Positions 49,180 to 61,357 of a stretch of 64,000 nt of DNA are shown here, in pieces. The stretch lies in assembly GCF_000143415.4 (NCBI RefSeq), contig NW_003314302.1, positions 539,476 through 603,475 on the forward strand, in the 5' to 3' direction. Every line of letters begins with the position of its first letter. The stretch's first letter is position 1. Source of the stretch: Selaginella moellendorffii. Lineage: Eukaryota; Plantae; Lycopodiophyta. The notes under the pieces are model-generated. The model did not search any database and was not told where the DNA came from. It saw only the letters and a program-made list of their open reading frames with translations. Position numbers and translations under genes: made by a program.

Positions 49180-51570
49180 TCTCTTTAAATTTGACTTGTC
49201 ATTTGAGGCCAAGATTGCTATACGTCATTTTATTCCAATTGCAAATGCTCATCTAATAAAAGTTCTAGTTTGTTGTTGATTATGCAAAGAGATCAAAATT
49301 TTATGTGCAAACATCAAAAAGATGTTAGACAAGGGTGTTATTCAAAAGTTGTAGAGTCCTTGGGCGTGTGAACCTCATCTTGTGACAAAGTCTAATAAAA
49401 GTATTCATTTTTGCATCGAATTAAATGAAGTGATAATTTCGGATGTGTACCTTCTTCCTCACACTGTTGATCTCTTGGATCATTTAGGGAGAAGTCATTG
49501 GTTAACTAAGTTAGATTTTGTTTCTGGGTACTGGCAAGTACCGATGGCTGAAACAGATCTTTCTAAAAGTTTTTTTCATACACCATTTGGTTTGTACTAG
49601 TTTTTAGTGATGCCATTTGGTTTGAACAATGTTTTAACAACTTTCCAGCAGATGATGAACGAAGTTCTTTGTGATATGCCAGAGTGTAAGCCATAAAATT
49701 ATCTGAAACACCCATAATCTTAATAAAGCTACCTCCAACCTTCCCTTGGAGGGTTAGTAGATATCATGAATAACTCTCTACCAAAGTTGCTTGTGTAATG
49801 AGTAACTTTGAGCTAGGGATTAGATCATGTACCTTAGTTTTGTTTTCACCTGACTTAATGGCTATATTGACTCTGGCCTTCTTTGGGTATGGATATTCTC
49901 TCAAAAAATGTCCTACTTCACTACAGTTGAAGCATATGTTGTTTCCCACAATATTACCCAACTTGACTTTTTTATCCATAGGTTTGTCCCTTTCCACTTA
50001 ACTCCCCCATGCAAGGATTCTTTATCCATAGCTTCTTATTCGACCAGAGGCTCTAGCTTTGGAAGAGGTTCCATCTCCACCTTAGTTCTTTTATGCCCTC
50101 CCTTTACCATCTCCCAGCAATCTATATCTATCCTTCATTAGAACTAAGGAGAAGGCTCCGATACCAAATTGTAAGCCATAAATTTTTTCTTTTCAATTTG
50201 CTAACTTACCTCGTCTATCCAACCATCACAACCTTGGCTTTATTTAAATTCCCTCACCAAGGTTCCTACATATTGTACTAACTTTTACTTAGTCCTACTT
50301 GGTTTCAACAACTCACTACACAAGCAATGAAGCATTACCCATCCATCCATGGATTCCCAAATTCTCTCATAATCCCTCCCCCCTAGGTTAGACTAAACTT
50401 AGGGTTCGAGGACACTCCCCGCAAGCACAAGTAGTCAAGCACACCAAGCCTCTAGGTTCCTAACATCCCTTTATACAATAAAGCTTGATCATGGGACCTT
50501 CTAAATCCCAAACTTTGGGTGTAATACTTGCTCCGAGACATTGGGGGGAAACATCGTGGCCTAATGGCTTGGTATGGGTACCCTTACTCCCCCAATTCCA
50601 TTTCAAAGGGAAGGCCCAAGCCCTTAGAAAGGGTGATGACCAATGAGCTGCAAGGTACTCAAGTGGGGCACCACTCCACATAAGCTAGGAGCACCGCAAT
50701 TGATTTCCCTTCCAAGAGTGGAAGCTACTCTTGAGCACTTCCTTGGGTGGCCCCTTCAACACTACTCACTACCACCCAAGGCCCCTCAACTTAAGTCTCA
50801 ACCTCAAGTCAATTTAAAAGCACCACTAGAGAGTTATTTCAAACCCTAAACCCTGAACCTCACTATCCCTACTATACTTTTGGAACCCCCTACAATGCCC
50901 CCCCTTTGGGAGACACATGCTTTGGGCTTTCACCCCACAACTTGTATTAGTATTCGGACACGATCTTAGACTTGATCTCGGACTCAATCTCGGACTCGGT
51001 CTTGGACTTGGTCTCGGACTCGGTCTCGGACTCGGTCTTAGACTCAATCTCAGACCTGACCTCAGACTTTGTCTTGGACTCGGTCTCAGACCCAATCTCA
51101 AATCTCGAACTCAGTCTCGATCTTGGTCTCGACCTTGGTCTCGAACACGGTCTCGGAGTTGGTCTTAGACTCAATCTCGGACTCGGTCTTGAACTCGATC
51201 TCTGAGTCGGTCTTGGACTCGATCTCATACTTGGTCTCATCCGATGAACTCTTTAACATTTTGGTTGTGCTTTTAGGGATCCTTTAGCCTTTGACACCTC
51301 AGGGAGTTAGTTCCTCACACAGAAGTGATTGCTAACTTTATCAATGATATCTTGATCCACTCAGAAAAGACATGGAAGGAACATATCTGTGATGTTTGTA
51401 AGGTGTTGGATCAACTACAGGAAGTTAGTTTAAAGCTGAAGTGGTCGAAGTGCATGTTTGGGTCCAAAGATACAACTTATTTTGGATATTATATTTCTTG
51501 TGAGGGTTTGCAAGTTAATCCTAACAAACTTATGGCTATTTTAAAAAATTTCTACTCTAAATGTGCAACA
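49180..51570 (+). pseudogene. Degraded Ty3/gypsy RT, split by the 49685-51319 insertion
   Basis: TKLDFVSGYWQVPM, FHTPFGLY, MPFGLNN. Resumes after the insertion as IANFINDILIHS...LKWSKCMFG. Confidence 0.85.
49685..51319 (-). mobile_element. Internally deleted, older family B element (5' LTR, PBS, gag fragments, 3' LTR tip)
   Basis: LTR at 50170-51319, reverse PBS before it, gag pieces homologous to 35510-35830 and 36760-36900. Near-TSD CAGAG/CAGAA. Confidence 0.85.
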
Positions 51571-51959
51571 CTTCCTAGGAAAGGTGTAGTATCTAGGTCA
51601 TTTTGTTGATCATCTTTCTGATTGCACTACACCATTGTGAACATTGTTAAAGTCATCAATGTCATCTTTTATATGGTCTATAAACTGTGAGCGGGTGTTT
51701 ATAGATTTCAAAGAGCTATTGATAACTCCTTTAGTTTTGGCATATCTATAAGCAACCAAAGAAAATAACTTAAGAAACAATTCATAAGAGTTTAAATATA
51801 CAGGGAAAAAGGCCAATGAACAAGAGTGCATCCCCTTTTCTAATCGGTTAAAGGTCTTGTGATATTTAGGGTTAAGTATCATTGGGTTTGAATAGTATTG
51901 GGTTGGGTGACTTTCTGAAAAGTCCAAACTCAAGAGTTTCGAGCCCAACAGCCTAAGTG

Positions 51960-53730
51960 TGCATGATCAGCAGAAGCAAGAGAGCTTGAGTGTGCCTGAT
52001 TAGTGCCATCCTATTGTATATATCAACTGTACATTACAACCTGTAAAGGTGAATTACTCCATAATAGAGAATGAGTGTTTAGTAGTAGTTTAGAGTTTCG
52101 AGAAACTTTATGTATATCTACATAGTTTTCGGATGTTATTAAAAGGTGATTATGCTGCAGTTACTTCATTATTGAAGTGGAAAAATTTGGTTGGTTGTAC
52201 TACTTGATAGGCTTTAAAGTTTCAAATATATAATTTTAATGTTATTCATCACCCGGGGAGTCCTATAGCTGATGCTGATGCCTTTTCTCAAGCTCCTTTT
52301 CCTTCTTCACTCTCTTCTTATGTTTCTGACGAGCTTGTTATTCTAACATTTGTGGATTTTTTGAATGAGGATTCCATGCCATTAGCGGTTGTCATACTTG
52401 ACATTCAGTGTCAACAAGGTGCAAGGCAATATTTACCTTCTCTTGATAAGGTTCATGAAGCTCAACAAATTGAGCTATAGATTTGAAGGCTTTGTGATGG
52501 GTTTGAGAATCTTCCATTATTTGCTGATGACTTGCCATTTTGGCATTTACATTCTTAATATTGCCTTGTAAACGGTCTTCTTTATTTTGTGAGGATAGAT
52601 CCTGATGATCATTTATGGCTGGTGGTGCTTTTGATTTTTATTCGACACTTTTTTCATATCTACCATGATTCTTCTATTCTAAGTAAGCATATGAAACATC
52701 GTTGTGTGACCAAGAAGCTATGCAAGTCTTTCTATTGGCAAGAGATGGGATGTAATGTTATCTAGTATATATGTAGCTGCATTTAATGCCAAACTCGTAA
52801 TACTTCTTTATGCTGTGAAAGGATGGTTAGAGTCAATTGTAGTTTCTTGTCCATTTAAGTTGGTGGTGTTTGATTTGATGGGACCTTTTCCATAATCGAC
52901 TGTTGGTAATAAGTATATTATTATTGTTTTTGACTACTTGACTTATTGGGTGGAAGTTGGTGCTCTTGCTAGTGTGTCTATAATTGTTGTTGGATACTTT
53001 CTCCTCAATCAAGTAATATTCTAGCATTTCTGTCTGGAGCGGATTCTTTTTGATAATGGTCCTACATTTATAGTTGAGGTATTTCATGTTTTGATGTCTC
53101 AATTAGGGATATGCCACACTTTCACGACTGTTTATCATCCACAGTCAGATGGTTTGGTGGAACAGCTCATTCGGACCTTCAAAGGGATGATCATGAAGTA
53201 CGTGAACTTTCAGTATTCATATTGGGATGGTTATTTGTTGTCTCTTCGGTATGCATATGTCACAGGGGTGTAGAGTTTTATTGGTGTTTGACCATATAAA
53301 CTCTTATATGGTCATGATCTAATACTGCCAACAAAGTTGGGTTTATCTTCATAATTACCACAAGCTGCCGATGTGATGTTATGGGATTAGTATTTGATAA
53401 GCATTCTTCCACTCGTCTGAGTAGAGTCTACCGAACACTTGAGTTACATACAAGTGAGATAACAATACCACTATAACTCCTATCATCATCCACTTATAGA
53501 GTACAAAGTGGATGACTTGGTGTTAATTTGGTTTCCCTATTTTATGGTATGTGGTTTATCTAAGAGGCTCCTTGCTCAGTGGAAAGAACTATATCAAATG
53601 TTACAGTAAGTTGGACTGCAAGTTTATGAGGTTCAATATGATGTTTAGCAAGCTGATCCTTAAAAAATTATGCATATGCAACAATTGAAACACTTTGTAC
53701 AAAGGGATTAGGAATAATTGACACCACCTA
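51960..53730 (+). mobile_element. Old degraded Ty3/gypsy integrase-region relic
   Basis: FTTVYHPQSDGLVEQ and WDGYLLSLRYAY. Homologous to the 29370-38720 relic. Confidence 0.85.
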
Positions 53731-55227
53731 TGTAAGTGACTAAATTTTCCATTTTACTTTAGTCACTTAACCACACCTTTGACTACTTGGAGGAGTCTCA
53801 CTCACAACCTTCGTAAGTCCTATTTTGGACTTAAGGACTTGCTAGCCCCAAGAATGGCATCTATGCCACTCAACCATTGCACTTGGTCCAAATGCTCCAC
53901 GTGTTCAATCCCATGACCGACACCCCAAGGTACCACTAACATACTAGCCTGTTACACTAAGGCTATACCCATTCACCTTGATCACACCGGTGGTCCAACA
54001 CCACCTACATCACAGTCTCGTCTCTCAAAGACTGTGCCATCCATCCATGAGTGACCATTCTAGGTCCACTCTTTAGCATCCTTAAGATGCCTGCAGACAT
54101 GGGGAATAGTCTTCCCCAATATCCTTTTTACAATCCCCACCAAGTCTCTTTTTTATCCATTGCCAACACTGCTACTGGGACAAGGCCCATAGGCCCGACT
54201 ACTAAGTCCCACTGTCGTCTGGGACTTCCTCACCATATGACTGTATCATTGGTCATTACACCAGAGGACCACTCTTCTTCCTTTCTATAGTCTGGGACTT
54301 TGGGATAACATTTCGAAACATCGTGGCCCTACGTGAACCTCATGGGTACTCTCCCCACCTTCCGCTTTTGGGTACTCTAGCCATGGGCTTAGAGCGAGGT
54401 TCCGTTGAGCCACACCATGTATCCAAATAGGTAGTGCCACCCACACTTGGACTGGGAGCATTGGCCATTCGATCTCCTAGGGGAACTAGAGTTGGCTTTT
54501 GAACACTTCACCAAGCTACCTTGCTTGTCAATTCGTATTCACTCTAACCTTGAACTTCCCAATGGTTATCCCATCACCTAACACCTGGGTACGGCCTTCC
54601 TGGGCCAAACTAGCTCCACTGAAGTCCTTCCCCTACTATACTTTTGGAGCTCACCAGACCCCCTAGGGTCTGGGAGACGAACGCTTTGGGCTTTCACCCT
54701 CGGACTCGAACTCAGGCTCAGATTTGGACTCGGACTTGGACTTTGTCAGGAATCCCCCAATTCTTGCCACATTCCTGACTCTCGCCGAATTCCTGACCTG
54801 CAAACCACATTCCTGACTCTCGAGACACTTCCCTATTCCTGACTCTCGAGACACTTTCCTATTCCTGACTCTCGAGACACTTCCCGATTCCTAAGTCTCG
54901 AGCCACATTCCTTATGATGATATGGTGCCTCCTCGACCTCAGCTATATTTAGGCCGTCCTCGATCCAAGAGTGGTGGAGCTTCATCAACCTATAGTATAT
55001 ATAGGTTAGCCTTGTTCCATTTCTCCACAATCTGAATCAACACCAGTCTAAGGCCTCTTCTTTGTTTTCACTAGCTTTTTCTCTTTGTCTTTAGCATTTT
55101 CCAGTTTTGATCTTGTTGGAGGCCTTGACAGTTTGATTCAGAATGTGGTTTTTGCTTTTCTTTTAGCTCGCTTTGATTATTTGATTACCTTTGTCTTTTT
55201 CCCCCTTTCTTTTCTTTCTTCTTGCCA

Positions 55228-56199
55228 ATGGAGTCTCCAAGCCATCCTGATTTCTTTGCTGAAGTCCTTGCAAAAATCCAGTCTGAGAATACCGAGCTGA
55301 AGGCGACCCTTCTTCGCATGCAGCAGGAGCTTGCTTCACTTTCGGCTCAAGGATCCAGCAAAGTTCCTGAACCGAAGGTGAGATTCCCGGCGAAATTTTC
55401 AGGCAAGCGTTCGGAGCTTCGCGGATTCCTGAACCAGATGGAGTTGATCTTCGCACTTCAACATCGGCAGTACCCTACTCCCGAGTCTCAAATCGGCGCG
55501 ATTGGGACGTTGCTCGAAGGTGCAGCTTTGTCATGGTTTTCTCCTCTTCTGGAGAAGAGCATGAAAGGGGTCGTGGTTCCAGAGCTAATGGATCTTCAAT
55601 TGTTCAAAGAGAAGCTCGAAGCATGTTTTGGCGAGACGGATCGGGTTCGGGCTGCTACCACAAAGATGAGACGTCTCTCTCAGGGGTCTCGTCCTGCCTT
55701 GATTTACGCTGCAGAGTTCCAACTCCTTGCTTTGGACACTCAGTGGGATGAGCGGGCCCTGATTGACCAATTTCGTTTCGGCCTCAACAACGGTGTCAAG
55801 GATTTGTTGCTCACCATGGAGGATCCCAAGAACCTGTCGGATGCCATCAACAAAGCTGTTCGATGTGACAATCGTCTCTTTGAACATCGTCAGGAAAGTC
55901 GCTGCGCCACTATTTTTCCGTCCTAGACTCAGGAATCCCAGCTTGAGTCTTCGGGGCATACTCTTGAACCTACTGCTCTGGTTCCAATGGATATTTCTGG
56001 TACTCCCCGACTCATTAGAGGGAAGTTGAGTCCTGCTGAGAAGCAACGTCGAATATCTTATAATCTTTGCCTCTATTGTGCTGATCCTAATCACAAAGCA
56101 GCTGTATGTCCCAAGAAGCCTCCTCGACTGCTCGAGTTCACTCTGCCTCAAAGTCCACCTCTATTGCAGTCGGGAAACGACCCTGTCCAAACAGAGTAG
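55228..56199 (+). pseudogene. gag (PEG10/sushi-like capsid plus zinc knuckle), one internal stop at 55924
   Basis: PAKFSGKRSELRGFL, LEGAALSW, FRFGL, PMDI, CLYCADPNHKAAVCP. Confidence 0.92.
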
Positions 56200-59100
56200 G
56201 AGCTGTCTGTTTGGACTCCCCGAATAAAAATCACTTTCCTTCTTTATCAAGCTCCTCACCACCTTTCATCAAAGCCACCACCAATTCCTGCAACTTCCAC
56301 GTCCCATGTCTCCTTTCTTTCACCGGACAATCAGGACTCAAAGCTCTGGCATTACTGGACTCGGGTGCAACTTCCTGCTTCATGGACACGGACTTTGCTG
56401 CCCGACATCATGTTCCTCTTTTTCTTACCATACGGGATTTGAGGGTTGAAGGCATCGGCGGGCATTTTGTGTCTCCATCTTCTGGACTTAGGGAAACGTT
56501 GCCCGTTCGAGTACACATTGGGTCCACCGTCACCGATATCGCCTTCAACATCATCAACAGCAAGTCCTCCTCTGTGGTGCTCGGTCTTCCTTGGTTCCAA
56601 CTACATCAGCCTTAGATCTGTTGGAAGGAATTACAGCTCATCTCTCCCACGGCTTCCCCTGCTATTCATCGAGTCCGAATCAGGAAAAGTTCCCTAAACT
56701 CAAATCGGGGTTCTGTTCCTGACTCTATAAAGTTTTCACCCGCTTCTTTTTCCTCTCTTCCATCTTACACTGGAACGTATTCTCATCTCATCATTCCATT
56801 TAGTCGTACGCCTCCTCCTATCTATACAATCACTATGAAAGAACTCCTTCATGAAGAACCTCTTTTTCTTTTTGCTTTGCATGTTTCTCCTATCAGTCTT
56901 CCTGAGAAGTATCATGATTTTGGGGATGTGTTTGACAAGAAAAAAGCTAGTGTACTGCCTGTTCATCGGCCTTATGATTGTCCCATTGATTTACAGGAAG
57001 GAGCGTCACCTCTGTGGGGGCCTATCTATGGGTTAGCCCCGTCCGAGCTTAAGGCCCTCAAAGAGTACGTGGATGAGAACCTTGCCTCGGGCTACATTCA
57101 GCATTCGCAGTCCCCGGCTGGAGCACCTGTCTTCTTTTTCAAGAAGAAGGATGGGAGCTTGCGGCTAGTCATCGACTACCGAGGTTTGAACAAGGTGACT
57201 ATTCGGAACCGTTATCTGCTGCCCCTGATCTCGGACCTGTTGGAACACCTCGGCGGTGCCCGCTTCTTCACCAAGATCGACCTCCGTGGAGCATACAACC
57301 TGATCCGGATCCGGCCTGGTGATGAATGGAAGACTGCGTTCCGAACCCGCTATGGCCACTTCGAGTACACTGTCATGCCATTTGGCTTGACAAATGCTCC
57401 AGCAGTTTTCCAACACATGGCAAACGACGTCTTTCGGGGGTTTCTTGATCAGATGGTGATCGTCTATCTCGATGACATCCTCATCTACTCAAAAACTCAG
57501 GAGGAGCATGACGAACATGTTCGCAAGGTGCTAGCGAAGCTGCGAGAACATGGCCTATACGCGAAGCTTGAGAAATGTTCCTTTGATCAGTAGTCTGTGG
57601 AGTTCCTTGGGTACATTGTCACTCCTGAGGGTATCACGATGGATCCTGCCAAAGTTAAGACTATTCTCGAATGGGAGCCTCCACAATCAATGTCGGACGT
57701 TCAGGTTTTCCTTGGCTTCGCCAACTTCTACCGCAAATTCATTGATCACTACTCTGACATTGTCCTTCCTCTCACACATCTCACTCGCAAGGATGTTCCC
57801 TTCTCTTGGTTTACTGTTGCCCAGCAGGCCTTCGACACACTCAAGGCGGCCTTCAGTTCTGCTCCTGTCTTGATCCATGCTGATTCCTCACAACCTTTCT
57901 TCATCGAGGCTGATGCCTCCGACTTTGCCATTGGTGCTGTGCTGTCTCAACTCGGAGCGGATCACGAACTTCATCTGGTCGCTTTCCATTCTCGGAAATT
58001 CCAGCCTGTGGAGATCAATTACGAAATCCACGACAAGGAGCTCCTTGCCATCGTGGATTCCTTTGGAGAGTGGCGCCGTTTCTTGGAGGGGGCGAGCCAT
58101 CAAACAACAGTCTGGACGGATCACAAAAATCTCGAGTACTTTGCCACTTCCCGAGTTTTAAGCCGTCGTCAAGCAAGGTGGGCACAATTCCTGAGTCGGT
58201 TTGACTTTGTTATCAAGTACAGACCTGGAAAGTTTCAAGGCTTTCCTGATGCTCTTTCAAGGCGCTCCTATCTCAGTCTCAGGCCTGGTAATCCTGCCTT
58301 CGATCAACAGGATCAAGTTATCCTCGGTCCTGATCGGCTTCAAGTTATGGCAATTTCCCTGGCCCCTCAGGACTCCTCCTTGATGGATGCAATCAGAAAC
58401 GATCTTCAATCCGATGATCTCGCTAGCGACATTTTCCCCCATCTTCAGGCTGGACACCCAGTGACTCCCGACTGCCGGTGATTTGACGAGTTCGAGTTCT
58501 TAGATGGCTTATTGTACCATGGGGAGCAGCTTTATGTTCCTGAAGGTGATGCTCGAAGGTTGGTCCTGATGGCGTGCCACGATAGCCCGACTGCTGGTCA
58601 CTTCGGCATTGCGAAAACCTATGAGCTAGTTGCACGGGATTTTTGGTGGCCTCACATGGACGACTACATCAAAGCTTTTGTTACCTCCTGTGACACTTGT
58701 GCCCAGAATAAGGTACCTCGCCACCTTCCTTCAGGTTTGCTTCGTTCCCTTCCGGTCCCTTCAGGTCCTTGGGAATCCATCTCCATGGATTTCTTGAGTG
58801 ATCTTCCGAGTTCTGGAGGCTTCAACAACATTTTAGTCGTGGTGGATCACTTCACAAAGATGGCGCACTTCTTGCCATGTACCAAGGAGTTTTCGGGCGA
58901 GGACATGGCAAAACTGGTATTCAGGGAAATTTTCCGACTTCATGGGATTCCTACAGATGTGGTTTCGGATCGGGGGCCTCAATTCATCTCTCATTTCTGG
59001 CAACAGTTTTTGCAGCTGCTTGGAGTGAAGGCCAACCTCTCTTCGGCATATCATCCTCAAACTGATGGGCAGTCCGAGCGAACGATTCAGACGTTGGAAC

Positions 59101-59850
59101 AATTCTTGAGGTGCTTCATCAACTATCATCAGGATAACTGGTTTGATATCCTTCCCCTTGCTGAGTTCTCCTATAACAACTCTGTTCACTCCTCTCTTCG
59201 AGTTTCCCCCTTCTTTGCGAACTCTGGCCGAAATCCCCGATTCAATCTCTCACTTCCTTCTCCATCTGAATCCTCTCGTTCAAATCCCCGCTCTGAGGCA
59301 TTTATCTCTAACCTCCAAGAAATCCACAACTCCATCTCCTTCCACCTCCATCGTGCTCAGGAATTTCATAAAACATTTGCCAATGTCCATCGTCAGGATT
59401 GTCCCCCTTACAATATCGGGGATAAAGTCTGGCTCCTTAGGCGAAATATCTCCACCACCAGGCCCTGTCCAAAACTCGATTTCAAATGCCTTGGTCCTTT
59501 CCCTATCACTGCCATCATTAATCCTGTCACTTATCGCCTTGCACTTCCCTCCTCATATCAAATTCACCCCGTTTTTCACTCCTCTCTCCTTGAGCCTTAT
59601 ATTCCCAGTCCTATTCCAAATCGGGTCATTCCTCCGCCTCCACCAGTGCAGCTCGAGGATGGGTCTGAGTACGAGGTTCAGGACATCCTTGATTCCAAGA
59701 TTTCACGGTCTAAACTCTACTATCTGGTGGACTGGAAGGGTTACGGACCTGAGGAACACACTTGGGAACCTGCAGACAACCTGCTTCATTCTCCTGACCT
59801 TGTTTAGGACTTCCACCGCCGCTATCCTTCTCGTCCCAGTCCTCATTCTT
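56172..59850 (+). pseudogene. pol (PR-RT-RH-IN-chromodomain) with a few stops
   Basis: LLDSGATS, YLDD, EADASD, HHCC, VSDRG, YEVQDIL..YLVDWKGYGPEEHTWEP. Confidence 0.95.
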
Positions 59851-60369
59851 TTTCTCCATCTCCCATCCCTCGCCGCTCATCTCATCCTCCTCTTCGTTCT
59901 CGTTCACATCCTAGTTCCACTCGTTCTTGAGGAGGGGGTGCTGTCAGGAATCCCCCAATTCTTGCCACATTCCTGACTCTCGCCGGATTCCTGACCTGCA
60001 GACCACATTCCTGACTCTCGAGACACTTTCCTATTCCTGACTCTCGAGACACTTCCCGATTCCTGAGTCTCGAGCCACATTCCTGATGATGATATAGCGC
60101 CTCCTCGACCTCAGCTATATTTAGGCCGTCCTCGATCCAAGAGTGGTGGAGCTTCATCAACCTATAGTATATATAGGTTAGCCTTGTTCCATTTCTCCAC
60201 AATCTGAATCAACACCAGTCTAAGGCTTCTTCTTTGTTTTCACTAGCTTTTTCTCTTTGTCTTTAGCATTTTCCAGTCTTGATCTTGTTGGGGGTCTTGA
60301 CAGACTTGGCCTCGGCCTTGGCTTTGGCCTCGATCTCGGTCTTGGTCCTGGTCTTGGTCTCGGTCTCGA

Positions 60370-60820
60370 CCTTAGATTCCACCTTAGGTCCTTCTCGGAC
60401 TCCATCTCAAATTCCATCTCAAGTCCATCTTGAACTCCATCTTAGGTCCATCTCAGACTCCATCTCAGGTCCATCTCGGACTCCATCTCATATCCATCTC
60501 GAGCTCCATCTTAGACTCCATCTCGGTCCATCTCGGACTCCATCTCGGGTCCATCTCAGACTCCATCTCGGGTCTATCTCGGACTTCATCTCGGACTCCA
60601 TCTCAAGTCCATCTCAGACTCCATCTCAGGTCCATCTTAGACTCCATCTCAAGTCCATCTCGGACTCCATCTCGAACTTCATCTTGGACTCCATCTTGGG
60701 TCCATCTTGGATTCCATCTCAGACTTTATCTCAGACTCCATCTCAGACTCTATCTCAGACTTCATCTTGAATCCACCTCAGACTCCATCTCAGACTCTAT
60801 CTCAGACTCCATCTTGGACC
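60370..60820. repeat. 12-bp degenerate tandem array (CTCCATCTCGGA) within the family C LTR
   Basis: Seen directly. Related arrays lie at 31330-31610, 37720-37990 and 50960-51240. Confidence 0.9.
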
Positions 60821-61357
60821 TTCCATGTGTCATATATTGGTCCTCCTATGTCCCTTTTCTAGAGACTCACTTATTGCTTGCTTCGTGCTTGTTCCTTGAG
60901 CACTTCGTTCAATGGCAAAAGTTCCACTTTGCCAAGTCTAGAGGGTGCTCACCCCTAATAGATCTTTTTAGCATTTTCTACTATGGGCTTCATACACGAC
61001 CCAACTTTGTGACCCTTCTATGGGTCTCTCCTAAAGATTACTTTCTTTGGACTCACTATGCCATCACATTGACATATCTCATTTCCCTTAAGTGTTATTC
61101 CCACTTGGTCACCTTGACCAAGCCACACTATTATCATTAGTTCAAATTAATACTTTGAACTAGAAACCTTATTCCTTATCCAAACAAGGATTTTATCCTT
61201 ATTTAGCCATAACATCGCCTAGTGATTTCATCTTGGCACCTTAATAGGTTTGCCAATAGGTACTATGTCTTCCAGACCTTTAAGTTGTTGACCATGACTT
61301 CGGGGGCATCCCCCACACTTGGCGGTGTGCCCAAGCTAGCCCTTTTGGCCAAGAGTC

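Larger units (their letters stand above)
54744..60302 (+). mobile_element. Full-length Tcn1/Tf1-sushi-like chromovirus
   Basis: LTRs at 54744-55130 and 59942-60302, TSD GACTT at 54739-54743 and 60303-60307, PPT GAGGAGGGGG. Carries gag and a pol with chromodomain. Confidence 0.97.
53731..61357 (-). mobile_element. 3' LTR and 3' UTR of a family B-related element (family C), host of the Tcn1-like insertion
   Basis: Starts TGTAAG and contains the shared LTR core at 54625-54700 and the TCGGA-type repeat array. 61282-61355 matches the family B 3' UTR at 31750-31825. The inner LTR end (~61214) is uncertain. Confidence 0.7.

Noticed and set aside
54770-54905. CRISPR-like direct repeats
   Set aside because: Tandem 26-bp LTR subrepeats without unique spacers, in a eukaryotic context with no cas genes.
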